Below, piece by piece: positions 8,874 to 17,731 of a stretch of DNA of 64,000 nt. The translations under genes and the position numbers were made by a program. The stretch covers positions 7,578 through 71,577 of the forward strand of contig DBFJOT010000010.1 in assembly GCA_048405595.1 (NCBI GenBank). The letters are read 5' to 3'. The notes beneath the pieces are model-generated. The model saw only the letters and a program-made list of their open reading frames with translations. It searched no databases and was not told the DNA's origin. Position 1 is the first letter of the stretch. Each line of letters starts with the position of its first letter. The DNA comes from Candidatus Onthovivens sp. Lineage in GTDB: Bacteria > Bacillota_I > Bacilli_A > RFN20 > CAG-826.

Positions 8874-11690
8874 TTAGTTAGCTTTTTTAAATTTCTTTTG
8901 TAAGAAATGGAATAAAACTACAGCTTCGTGAATAATGAGTGGTAAGACTGAGAAGCCTAATGTAATTCCCCATTCACTTGCTGTTAAGTTAGCTGTTGAG
9001 AAGATTTCTTGAACAACTGGTGTTTCGATAACGAATAATTGTAATACGATACCAGCAACAAAAGCTACTAACATCATCCAGTTCTTATTTTTGAATACTG
9101 TAACGAATGATTTATTTACATTGCTCATACCAATCATGTGGAATAATTCACCAAATGCTAATGTAGTGAATGCCATTGTTTGAGCTTGATGTAAGAGTTC
9201 ATCATTTCCGTCATATAATGCTTTGATTTCACTGTATGAAACTGCTCCATTGAGCCATGCGCAGCTAAAATAAGCAATTAAAACAGCAAGAGATAAAGCA
9301 GCGCCATAGATTAAAGTAGTTTTCATTCCGCCTTTAGCGAATAGACTTTCTTTTGGATCACGTGGTGATTCTAACATATTATTAGGATCTTTAGGGTCCA
9401 TACCTAACGCAATTGCAGGTAAAGAGTCAGTAATTAAGTTAACCCATAATAAGTGAATTGCGATAAATGGAGCTGGTAAACCGATTAAAACAATGACGAA
9501 CATTGTTAAAACTTCAGCGATATTACTTGAAATTAAGAAGATGACTGTTTTCTTAATGTTAGCGTAGATTCCTCTACCTTCTTCAACTGCTTTTTCAATT
9601 GATGCAAAGTTATCATCTGTAAGAACCATATCAGCTGCACCCTTAGCAACATCAGTTCCAGTGATACCCATAGCAATACCAATATCAGCAGCTTTAAGTG
9701 AAGGAGCATCATTAACACCATCACCTGTCATAGCGCAAATATTACCATTAGCTTCAAATGCTTTAACAATTTGAACTTTATTTTCTGGTGAAACTCTAGC
9801 GAAGACTCTAGCAGTTTTACATGTTTCTTTGAGTTCTTCTTCGCTCATATTATCAACGTCACTTCCAAGTTTACATTGATCAATTGTTTGAGCGATTCCA
9901 AGATCTTTAGCAATTGCAAATGCTGTATCTTTGTGGTCACCTGTAATCATTACAGTTGTGATACCAGCAGTTTTGAATTTTTCAACAGCAGGTCTTGCTT
10001 CTGGTCTAGCTGGGTCGATCATAGCGACAATACCGACGAAGACTAAATCTTCTTCTTCGACTTTATCTTTATTATTATAAGCAAGAGCTAAAACTCTAAG
10101 AGCTTTTGATGAATAATAGCTGTTTGCTTTATAAATTTCATCGATATCAGCTTGTGTAATTGGTTGTTCTTTACCATTAACTAAAATCTTAGTTGTATGT
10201 TTTAAGATTTGGTCAAGAGCACCTTTTGTATAATTTACAACACCTGTTTCAGTCTTGTGTTGTGTAGACATCATTTTTCTGACACTATCAAATGGTAATT
10301 CATCAATACGAGGAGTTGCCTTTTCAAGGTCTTTTTTATGCATTTCGAAATTGTTAGCTAAAACAACTAAAGCAATTTCAGTTGGGTCTCCGAATAAACC
10401 TTCATCGACTGTAGCGTTTGAACAAAGCGACATACCTTTAGCAAGTAATCTAAGTTGTTCATTTGTTGATTCAGGAACGAATTCACTTCCTTGAATGTAT
10501 GTACCGTTAGTATAAGCTTCTAAAACGGTCATTTTATTTTGAGTTAAAGTACCAGTTTTATCACTACAGACAACACTAACAGCGCCTAAAGTTTCAACAC
10601 TTGGTAATTTTCTAACAACAGTGTTAGCTTTAACCATTCTTTGGACACCAATTGCTAAAACAATTGTAACAACTGCTGGTAAACCTTCTGGAATAGCAGC
10701 AACCGCAAGAGCAATTGAACTTAATAAAGCATCAATCCATGAACTTGCTTCAGCTTGTGTACCGTTTACAAAGATCCAGATAATGTCAACGAGTAAAACT
10801 GCGATAACAATACCTAAAGTTAATAAACCTAATGATTTTGATAATTTAGCAAGAACTTTTTGTAATGGTGTTTCTTGATCTTCTTCATTATCTAAAGCGG
10901 TAGCGATTTTACCAATTTCAGTATTCATACCTGTATTGATAACAATACCTGTACCTCTACCATAAGTAACAGGTGTTGACATGTAAGCTAAGTTGACTCT
11001 ATCACCGATAGCAACTGTTGAATCAAATAATTCTTCTGAATCTTTTTCAACTGGAACACTTTCACCAGTTAAACTTGATTCGTTTGCTTTTAAGTTAACT
11101 GCTTCAATTAATCTTAAATCAGCTCCAATTGTGTCACCTTCTTCTAAGACGACAACATCACCTATGACTAATTCAGATGATTTAACTTTGAATCTTTTAC
11201 CATCTCTAATAACTGTTGATTCAGGTGATGATAAATTTTTAAGTGCTTCTAATGATGTTTGAGCTTTGATTTCTTGAACGGTTCCGATGACTGCGTTCAA
11301 AACGATAACTGCGAGAATGATAACAACATCTGGCCAATCTCCAACATCTAAGAACCAGTTATGAACGGGTGTTCCGTCAATCATTCCACCATTATTAATC
11401 GCGCCAACCGTTTCAATAATTGAAATAACAATTGTGACAATAATAGCAGCAAATAAAACAAAGATCATTGGATTGTTCATTTGCTCGAAGAAAATTCTAA
11501 TAGCTGATTTTTTCTTCTTTTCTTGAAGCTTATTAGGTCCATATTTTTCTAATCTGGCTTTAGCTTCTTGTTCTGTTAAACCTTTTTCGATGTCAGTTTC
11601 AAAATGTTTAACAGTTTCCTCTTTACTTAAAGTTTCGAAAGAAATTTTCTCACTTTGAGTTGAAGGACTTACTGTTTCTTTTTCTGCCAT
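8874..11690 (-). CDS. P-type cation-transporting ATPase (P2, Ca2+/Mn2+ type)
   Basis: 938 aa. Motifs DKTGTLT, PEGLP and TGDGVNDAPSLK, with 10-TM architecture. A Mn2+ riboswitch lies in its leader. Confidence 0.9.
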   Translation of the reverse strand: MAEKETVSPSTQSEKISFETLSKEETVKHFETDIEKGLTEQEAKARLEKYGPNKLQEKKKKSAIRIFFEQMNNPMIFVLFAAIIVTIVISIIETVGAINNGGMIDGTPVHNWFLDVGDWPDVVIILAVIVLNAVIGTVQEIKAQTSLEALKNLSSPESTVIRDGKRFKVKSSELVIGDVVVLEEGDTIGADLRLIEAVNLKANESSLTGESVPVEKDSEELFDSTVAIGDRVNLAYMSTPVTYGRGTGIVINTGMNTEIGKIATALDNEEDQETPLQKVLAKLSKSLGLLTLGIVIAVLLVDIIWIFVNGTQAEASSWIDALLSSIALAVAAIPEGLPAVVTIVLAIGVQRMVKANTVVRKLPSVETLGAVSVVCSDKTGTLTQNKMTVLEAYTNGTYIQGSEFVPESTNEQLRLLAKGMSLCSNATVDEGLFGDPTEIALVVLANNFEMHKKDLEKATPRIDELPFDSVRKMMSTQHKTETGVVNYTKGALDQILKHTTKILVNGKEQPITQADIDEIYKANSYYSSKALRVLALAYNNKDKVEEEDLVFVGIVAMIDPARPEARPAVEKFKTAGITTVMITGDHKDTAFAIAKDLGIAQTIDQCKLGSDVDNMSEEELKETCKTARVFARVSPENKVQIVKAFEANGNICAMTGDGVNDAPSLKAADIGIAMGITGTDVAKGAADMVLTDDNFASIEKAVEEGRGIYANIKKTVIFLISSNIAEVLTMFVIVLIGLPAPFIAIHLLWVNLITDSLPAIALGMDPKDPNNMLESPRDPKESLFAKGGMKTTLIYGAALSLAVLIAYFSCAWLNGAVSYSEIKALYDGNDELLHQAQTMAFTTLAFGELFHMIGMSNVNKSFVTVFKNKNWMMLVAFVAGIVLQLFVIETPVVQEIFSTANLTASEWGITLGFSVLPLIIHEAVVLFHFLQKKFKKAN

Positions 11691-11703
11691 AACAATACTC
11701 CTT

Positions 11704-11792
11704 TTAATTATGGTCTCGCTAATTTACTCGTTTAGAGACGGGAATTGTTTCCGTGATGACGTTTCTCTATACCTCGCTACTCCCCAATGCAT
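11704..11792 (-). promoter_or_regulatory. yybP-ykoY (Mn2+) riboswitch
   Basis: Minus strand reads AUUGGGGAGUAGCGAGG...(paired AGAGA/UCUCU and ACGG/CCGU helices)...AAAUUAGCGAGACCAUAAUU. The two hallmark conserved loops GGGGAGUAGC and UUAGC(A/G)AGACC are both present. The SD AAAGGAG and the ATG of the ATPase follow immediately. Confidence 0.85.
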
Positions 11793-12049
11793 ATTATTTT
11801 AGGTAATTTCACTTCTAAAGTAAATAAAGACTAAATATGTATTCATATTTATATGAACGTTTTTACCTTTTCTTAACTATTTTCTACCTAAGATATTAAA
11901 GCAATAAATAAAGGCAAGATTTCCTAAATAAACTATTTGAATATAATTTTAAAATGAACAAGACAAAAAACATTTAAAATTAACTTAAAAATCGCGTTTT
12001 TGCATGTTTTTTAATACACATTTTTGATTTTCTACGATAATATTACATT

Positions 12050-13612
12050 ATGAAACCTATAATTTTATTGTCATTAATAGCAAGTACATTTTCACAAAAT
12101 ATAAACTACCATAATCAAGCAAATAACAGTATTGATACTACTGGAACTATTTATCATGACTTAAATAAAAAAGAAGCTGATAAATATTATGAAAATATCG
12201 AAGAAGGATCAAAAGGTGATGTTCTTTTATCAAGTCTTCAATCAACTCTTAAAAAAGGACAAAAGAAATTAAATTATAATTCCGGAGATTCCACAAGCAC
12301 TGACTGGCATGGATATTATTTATATGAAAGAAACTACGATTTATCTCCATTAGAAGAATCTGAACTTAACGGAAAATACAAGACTTCAGGAATTTGGATT
12401 AATTCACTTTACTCTACTTCACCTATTTATATTGAAACTAGAATCAATAAAGGTGATTATAAATATTATGATGAAAAAGGCGAAGTCAAAGAAGGTACTT
12501 TTGGCTCTAAAGGCGGTCAATTTGATAGAGAGCATGTTTTCCCGAAAAGTTTTGGTTTTAATTATCAAGATGACTCTGGTGGATATAAGAAATTAACTGC
12601 TGGATGCGATGCTCATAACTTAAATATCGGTGAACACGCTGGTAACTCAAGTGGCCACAACAACTTGCCTTATGGCAATGTAGTTATAAAAGATAAAACC
12701 ACTGAAATTAGAAGTACTTTAAATGATGAGATTGTTGGATATAGAGGCAACAATAAAGATGGTTTAGAAGTTTTCGAGCCGTTAGATAAAGATAAAGGCA
12801 ATATCGCTCGAACAATATTCTATATGGCAGCTAGATATCACGAATATGAAGAATTATCTTCGACTGATAAAACACCTGCTTTAGCTTTAGGCGATAAAAT
12901 CGAGCCAGTTTCCACAAAGTCACCAGAAGAAACTAAAGAAAATCCTGGAATTTATGGTCAATTATCCGACTTGCTTGAATGGAATATTTTAGATCCAGTT
13001 GATAAATATGAAATTCATCGTAATAACTTAATCTATAATGCAGTTCAATTTAATAGAAATCCATTCGTAGATTATCCTTCATGGGCTGAAGCTTGTTTTA
13101 ATCCTAATAATTCTGAAGGTATTAAGTTCGATGATTTCCAAAGTGTTGATAACGTAATTGACCCAAATGTGCCTTCAGCTAAATATAAATTAACTTTAAC
13201 AACAAATAATAAATTCAAAAAAACTTATGATTGTTTCACTAAGTTCGATCCAACTGGATATGAAGTTGAACTTTTAAAAGATGGTGAAAAAATTGCTTCC
13301 CCTAATTTCTCTTTATATGCTGGCGACCAAATTTTAACTGATTCTTATATGATTTTAGGAATCGGAGATATTGAAATTCAAGCTGTAGTTGAAATCGATA
13401 ATAAAACAATTTATTCATCTAACACAGTTACAATTACAATGGAATTATCAAAAACTCAGATTATTATCATTGCGGTTGTTGGGGTCGTTTTACTTCTATT
13501 AATCATTTGGTTTATAACTCGGGCTAAGAAAAAGAAAAATAGAAAGAAAGTAAAATATTTAGAAAATAAAGTAGAAAAAATTTATAAGAAATCTAACAAG
13601 AAAAAGAAATAA
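12050..13612 (+). CDS. Extracellular endonuclease I-family nuclease with C-terminal membrane anchor
   Basis: 520 aa. N-terminal signal sequence. Endonuclease-I-type motifs FDREHVFPKS, KGNIARTIFYMAARY and NRNPFVDYPSWAE. C-terminal TM segment IIIIAVVGVVLLLLIIWFI plus a Lys-rich tail. Confidence 0.8.
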   Translation: MKPIILLSLIASTFSQNINYHNQANNSIDTTGTIYHDLNKKEADKYYENIEEGSKGDVLLSSLQSTLKKGQKKLNYNSGDSTSTDWHGYYLYERNYDLSPLEESELNGKYKTSGIWINSLYSTSPIYIETRINKGDYKYYDEKGEVKEGTFGSKGGQFDREHVFPKSFGFNYQDDSGGYKKLTAGCDAHNLNIGEHAGNSSGHNNLPYGNVVIKDKTTEIRSTLNDEIVGYRGNNKDGLEVFEPLDKDKGNIARTIFYMAARYHEYEELSSTDKTPALALGDKIEPVSTKSPEETKENPGIYGQLSDLLEWNILDPVDKYEIHRNNLIYNAVQFNRNPFVDYPSWAEACFNPNNSEGIKFDDFQSVDNVIDPNVPSAKYKLTLTTNNKFKKTYDCFTKFDPTGYEVELLKDGEKIASPNFSLYAGDQILTDSYMILGIGDIEIQAVVEIDNKTIYSSNTVTITMELSKTQIIIIAVVGVVLLLLIIWFITRAKKKKNRKKVKYLENKVEKIYKKSNKKKK

Positions 13613-13623
13613 GTTTTCATTAA

Positions 13624-13655
13624 AGAGTCGATAGCATCGGCTCTTTTCTTATTTT
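13624..13655 (+). terminator. Intrinsic terminator of the nuclease gene
   Basis: 9-bp stem 13624-13632 / 13636-13644 (AGAGTCGAT / ATCGGCTCT, one G-U pair) with a 3-nt loop, followed by a T-rich tract. Confidence 0.75.
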
Positions 13656-13679
13656 TTATTACTTTTTATCGTTTTTTAA

Positions 13680-14023
13680 GCATGACAAAAAGATTGTTTT
13701 TAGTACTTTTTAAATTATTACTATTTATAGGTGTAGATTTCCCGTCCATTGGACTAGTGAGCCCCTAGAGAAATTCATATTAAAATTCTTTCGGGGCCCG
13801 GCCAAGAAGACGGGCAGGTTCTACATGAAAGTTTCTTAAGCTTCCAACCTGAAGAAAAGGAAATTAATTTAGCTGTACTACTACAAATAGTGTAATGAGA
13901 ATATCAATGTTAACACGAGAAGCTTCTCGATTTCCTCATACAAGTACTTGATTTCACTATTGCCTCGTACTCGCAAAATTCCTTTCTCACTAACACAAAA
14001 GGAGGAAAAGAAATTTTTTTCAA
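13680..14023. repeat. Copy A of a structured intergenic element (unknown ncRNA or MITE-like repeat); homologous to 37173-37556
   Basis: Ends with GCATGACAAAAAG (13680-13692) and TCACTAACACAAAAGG (13987-14002) + 15 nt + TTTCAA (14018-14023), in the inverse orientation to copy B. Internal GC-rich helix CCCGTC (13741-13746) / GACGGG (13809-13814). Helix CAGGTT (13815-13820) / AACCTG (13846-13851). Several perfect short palindromes (CGAGAAGCTTCTCG, CAAGTACTTG). All frames are full of stops. Confidence 0.55.
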
Positions 14024-14043
14024 AATTTCTTTCTTTTTTTATA

Positions 14044-14080
14044 TAAAAAATCCACAACCCATTTTTAAGGTGTTGTGGAT
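14044..14080 (-). terminator. Intrinsic terminator of the GT2 gene
   Basis: Stem ATCCACAAC (14050-14058) / GTTGTGGAT (14072-14080). On the minus strand a T-run follows (A-run 14045-14050). Confidence 0.65.
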
Positions 14081-14097
14081 GAAAATTTAAATGAATT

Positions 14098-15111
14098 TTA
14101 ATTAAAAGGAACAACTTTATGAGAAATCCAAAGCGAGAATCTCATTAACAATTTACCAAAATATCCATCTGCCATAACAAATCCGGCAAATGAACCATAC
14201 TTCAACTTACGATAAAGCTTTTTGTTAAGAGCTTTTGTCTCTTTTTTGAGTTCTCTATAAGTCTTGATGCTTTCTGGAGTGTCAGTTAATCTTGTATAAA
14301 CATAAGCGATAGCGTTAACAATGATTAAATGGTGAATTAATGTATTATATAAACCTTTATTATCTTTATATTTAAATATATCATATTTATGATTCATTAA
14401 ATGTGCGATGTAATAATGGTCATGGAATCTTTTAATACATTGTTCGCGGCTAACTGATTGACCTTCTCTACCAATAAAATACATATAGAATGTAGTTGGC
14501 AAGTAATAAATTGTCTTAACAAATGGTAAAGCACAGTAGATAAAATAGTTATCTTCATAGAAAACGTGATGTGGTAAATCAATTTTAGCTTCTAAAAGAA
14601 CTTCTCTACGATACATAGTTGAGTGTAAAGTTAAATTTTCCCATAAAGCAAAGTGTTTTACGTTGTCCCAACCAGTAATTTCATTAACTTTTAAAACACG
14701 ATTAAATTTAATGATTTTTTGTACTTTATTAACTTTATAATAAGCATAATCAGTTACAAACATATCGATTTTATCGCCATATTTTTCAATTTTTGATAAA
14801 AGTAACTTATATCCTTCTTGATCAACCCAATCATCACTATCGACAACTTTGAAGAATTTACCTGTTGCTAATGATAAAGCTTTATTAATTCCAGCTCCGT
14901 GACCGCCATTTTCTTGATGCACAGCAATTACGCTTTCAGGATATTTATTAGCATACTCATCAGCTATTTGAGGAGTTGTATCTTTACTTCCGTCATCAAT
15001 AATAATAATTTCAACTCTATCTTTTTGCGTTAACAAAGATTCAAGACACTTTCTCATGTCTTTTTCAGAGTTATAACATGGTACACAAAATGAAATTAAT
15101 TTTTCGTTCAT
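14098..15111 (-). CDS. Family 2 glycosyltransferase
   Basis: 337 aa. N-terminus SFCVPCYNSEKDM...IIIDDGSKD...VVDSDDW, which are GT-A fold DxD features. Confidence 0.85.
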   Translation of the reverse strand: MNEKLISFCVPCYNSEKDMRKCLESLLTQKDRVEIIIIDDGSKDTTPQIADEYANKYPESVIAVHQENGGHGAGINKALSLATGKFFKVVDSDDWVDQEGYKLLLSKIEKYGDKIDMFVTDYAYYKVNKVQKIIKFNRVLKVNEITGWDNVKHFALWENLTLHSTMYRREVLLEAKIDLPHHVFYEDNYFIYCALPFVKTIYYLPTTFYMYFIGREGQSVSREQCIKRFHDHYYIAHLMNHKYDIFKYKDNKGLYNTLIHHLIIVNAIAYVYTRLTDTPESIKTYRELKKETKALNKKLYRKLKYGSFAGFVMADGYFGKLLMRFSLWISHKVVPFN

Positions 15112-15141
15112 ATTTTTTCCTTCTAAAGAGGATACAAAGAA

Positions 15142-17598
15142 CTATTTTTTCTTTGACTCTTTGTATCTATTTTCTTTACTTACTTTTGGTTTTTTCTTAC
15201 CTTCTTTAAAGAATTTTCCTAACCCCTTATGGAAATGTCCGTTGAACATCAAGATTAAACCGTCAAGTTGACCCATTGAAATTGCTCCACCAGTCATTCT
15301 TGATAATGCTCTCATTGGTTGATTTAATACACCCATAACGAGAGTGTTTGCGGTTGTTTTTTGTCCGATTCCTCTAAGGAATTTAATTCCGAATTTAATT
15401 CCCCAGCATGTTAATCTTCCTGTCCAACCTTTTGCGTGTTTTAATTCACTTATTGTTACATTGTAATCAACAAGAATTTTATTTTTCTTAATAAATTTAA
15501 TGTGATTTTCTGGTAATGGTCTTCCAATAAGTGTCTTAAATTCTTCATCACTAATAGATGTGATTTCACCAGTATAATAGTTTTTCAATAATTTTTCATC
15601 GTAAATGTCGTTAAGTTCAACTCCATCGACGTCAATTGAGCCTTTTAATCTGATATCTTGTGAGCTTGCGCCAACATAAACATCATATGTGCCTTTTTCA
15701 ATTTGGAATTTTCCTTCATTTACATTGAAGAATCTAAATGAATATTCATCAAATTTAAGTGTGATTTCTTTTGTTTCACCTGGAAGAAGTTCGACTTTAG
15801 TGAATCCTTTTAATTCTTTCTTAGCTCTAAATACTTTTGATTTTTCTAAACCAATATATAATTGAGCAATTTCTTTACCAGGAACTTTTCCTGTATTAGT
15901 AATTTTGAAAGTGACCCCATCTTTACTAATTTTTAAATCGCTATATTCGAAAGTTGTATATGATAAACCAAATCCAAATGGATATTTAACTGGTTTATTA
16001 ACTTTTTCAAAGTAACGATATCCAACAAAAATACCATCTTTATAGAATGAATTCCATTCTTTTGCTGGGAAGTAATTCTTTGTAGGAGTATCTTCATAAC
16101 TAATTGGATAAGTTTCGCTAAGTTTACCACTTGGATTATGACGTCCAGTTAAAACATCTAACATAGCTCCACTTCCTGCTTGTCCGAATAATGAACCATA
16201 AACAAGAGCATCACAATTAACATCAAATCTTAAATCAACAACACTGCCTTCACTTAAGACAACAACAATTTTCTTTCCTAAAGTTTTTAATTCTTTAAGT
16301 AATGAAATTTGATTTTCGTTGATATTGATATCTTTTCTTTCAAGGCCTTCAGCTTCACTGATTTCATCTAATCCCATAAAATATACGATTACATCAGCAT
16401 TTTTAGCAAGTTTGATTGCTTTATTTGCAAGTGATTTCGATTTTTTACCACCACGCTTATAACCTTGTTCGTATCCGATATAATTTAATTTATAATCTTT
16501 AATAAGTTGAAGTGTGTTATCAATTTTTGTTGGATTAACAATACTACTTCCAGCACCTTGATAACGTGGATTTTCAGCAAATTCACCAATGAAAGCAACT
16601 TTTTCTACTTCATTTAAAGGTAAAACGTTATTTTCATTCTTAAGAAGAACGATTGATTCAAGAGCTGCTTCTTTAGCAATTTTATGATGTGCTTCAACAT
16701 CAAATTTATAACCTTTAGCTTTTTCTAAAGCAGGTTTTGTTCTTTCACTTAATGTTAAAATTCTATCAACAGCTTGGTCTAAAACGCTTTCATCTAATTT
16801 ACCAGCTTTGACAGCATTAATAATATCAAGATCAGTTTCACCATTATTTCCTGGCATTTCGATTTCGTTTCCAGCAATTAAGCCATCAACTCTATCATTA
16901 TTTCCGCCCCAGTCAGTGACAACACAGCCATCAAAACCGAATTCATCACGGAGAACATCTGTTAATAAATATTTATTTTCATTTGCATAAACATCGTTTA
17001 CTAAGTTATATGCAGACATAACAGCATAAGGATGTGCTTCTTTAACAATAATTTCAAAACCTGTAGTGTAAATTTCTCTAAGAGTTCTTAAATCCATAAC
17101 ACTATTTGAAGCAAGTCTTCTTTCTTCTTGGTTATTACAAGCATAATGTTTAATACAACTACCAATTCCATTTGATTGGATACCTTTAACATAACTTGCA
17201 CCAAGTTTACCTGCTAAATATGGATCTTCACTGTAGTATTCGAAGTTTCTACCACATCTTGGGTTTCTTTTAATATTTAATCCAGGTCCTAATACGAGGT
17301 TTACGTTCATTGAGACAGCTTCTTCACCTAATGCATGTCCAACTTTTTGAGCTAACTCAACATCAAATGAGTTTGCTAAAGTTGCACTTGTAGGAAAGCA
17401 AGTTGCAGGAATGGATTTGTTGAGGCCTAAATGATCTGCTTCAGCCATTTGTTTTCTCATTCCATGAGGACCGTCACTAAAGAACATGCTATCAATTCCT
17501 AAATGAGGAATGTTCATTGTTTCCCAGAAGTTCTTACCACTAGTTAAGGAAGCTTTCTCTTCTAGTGTCATCTTTTTTATTAATTCTTCGTGTTTCAT
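15142..17598 (-). CDS. GH3 beta-glucosidase (BglX-like) with a basic C-terminal extension
   Basis: 818 aa. GH3 motifs GPHGMRKQ, KHYACNNQE and VVTDWG. Paralogue of 17732-20191. Confidence 0.9.
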   Translation of the reverse strand: MKHEELIKKMTLEEKASLTSGKNFWETMNIPHLGIDSMFFSDGPHGMRKQMAEADHLGLNKSIPATCFPTSATLANSFDVELAQKVGHALGEEAVSMNVNLVLGPGLNIKRNPRCGRNFEYYSEDPYLAGKLGASYVKGIQSNGIGSCIKHYACNNQEERRLASNSVMDLRTLREIYTTGFEIIVKEAHPYAVMSAYNLVNDVYANENKYLLTDVLRDEFGFDGCVVTDWGGNNDRVDGLIAGNEIEMPGNNGETDLDIINAVKAGKLDESVLDQAVDRILTLSERTKPALEKAKGYKFDVEAHHKIAKEAALESIVLLKNENNVLPLNEVEKVAFIGEFAENPRYQGAGSSIVNPTKIDNTLQLIKDYKLNYIGYEQGYKRGGKKSKSLANKAIKLAKNADVIVYFMGLDEISEAEGLERKDININENQISLLKELKTLGKKIVVVLSEGSVVDLRFDVNCDALVYGSLFGQAGSGAMLDVLTGRHNPSGKLSETYPISYEDTPTKNYFPAKEWNSFYKDGIFVGYRYFEKVNKPVKYPFGFGLSYTTFEYSDLKISKDGVTFKITNTGKVPGKEIAQLYIGLEKSKVFRAKKELKGFTKVELLPGETKEITLKFDEYSFRFFNVNEGKFQIEKGTYDVYVGASSQDIRLKGSIDVDGVELNDIYDEKLLKNYYTGEITSISDEEFKTLIGRPLPENHIKFIKKNKILVDYNVTISELKHAKGWTGRLTCWGIKFGIKFLRGIGQKTTANTLVMGVLNQPMRALSRMTGGAISMGQLDGLILMFNGHFHKGLGKFFKEGKKKPKVSKENRYKESKKK

Positions 17599-17640
17599 AA
17601 TTTCTCCCAGCGTGAAAGCGCTTACATCATTTCCTATTTT

Positions 17641-17675
17641 AAAAGAAAAATCAAGTCGAATTCTATCAACTTGAT
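17641..17675 (-). terminator. Intrinsic terminator separating the two GH3 genes
   Basis: Stem ATCAAGT (17650-17656) / ACTTGAT (17669-17675). On the minus strand UUUUCUUUU follows. Confidence 0.6.
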
Positions 17676-17731
17676 ATTATTTTTATAATTTTTAGAAACT
17701 ATAGTTTAAAATTATATAAAATTTTACAGTT

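Noticed and set aside
9533-11262. Track ORFs of 63-89 aa inside or antisense to the P-type ATPase gene. Similar nested ORFs occur in PFOR (26774-27106), the permease (38613-39425), copA (54090-55445), ecfA1 (47705-48076), potD (61767-62039), and at 43885-44192, 44268-44534, 50248-50439 and 63243-63929.
   Set aside because: All are embedded in long, well-supported genes with recognisable motifs. They show skewed Ser/Leu/Ile/Phe-rich composition typical of off-frame or antisense reading of AT-rich coding DNA, and they lack RBSs.
13881-14114. 77-aa ORF from the track (minus strand) spanning the GT2 terminator and part of element copy A.
   Set aside because: It runs through a terminator hairpin and the repeat. 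It has no RBS and low-complexity content, and it is not conserved in copy B. It is most likely a chance ORF. The 21/28-codon MTKR.. mini-ORFs that start at the conserved GCATGAC block on the other strand were also dismissed, because they have no SD and diverge after 4 codons.
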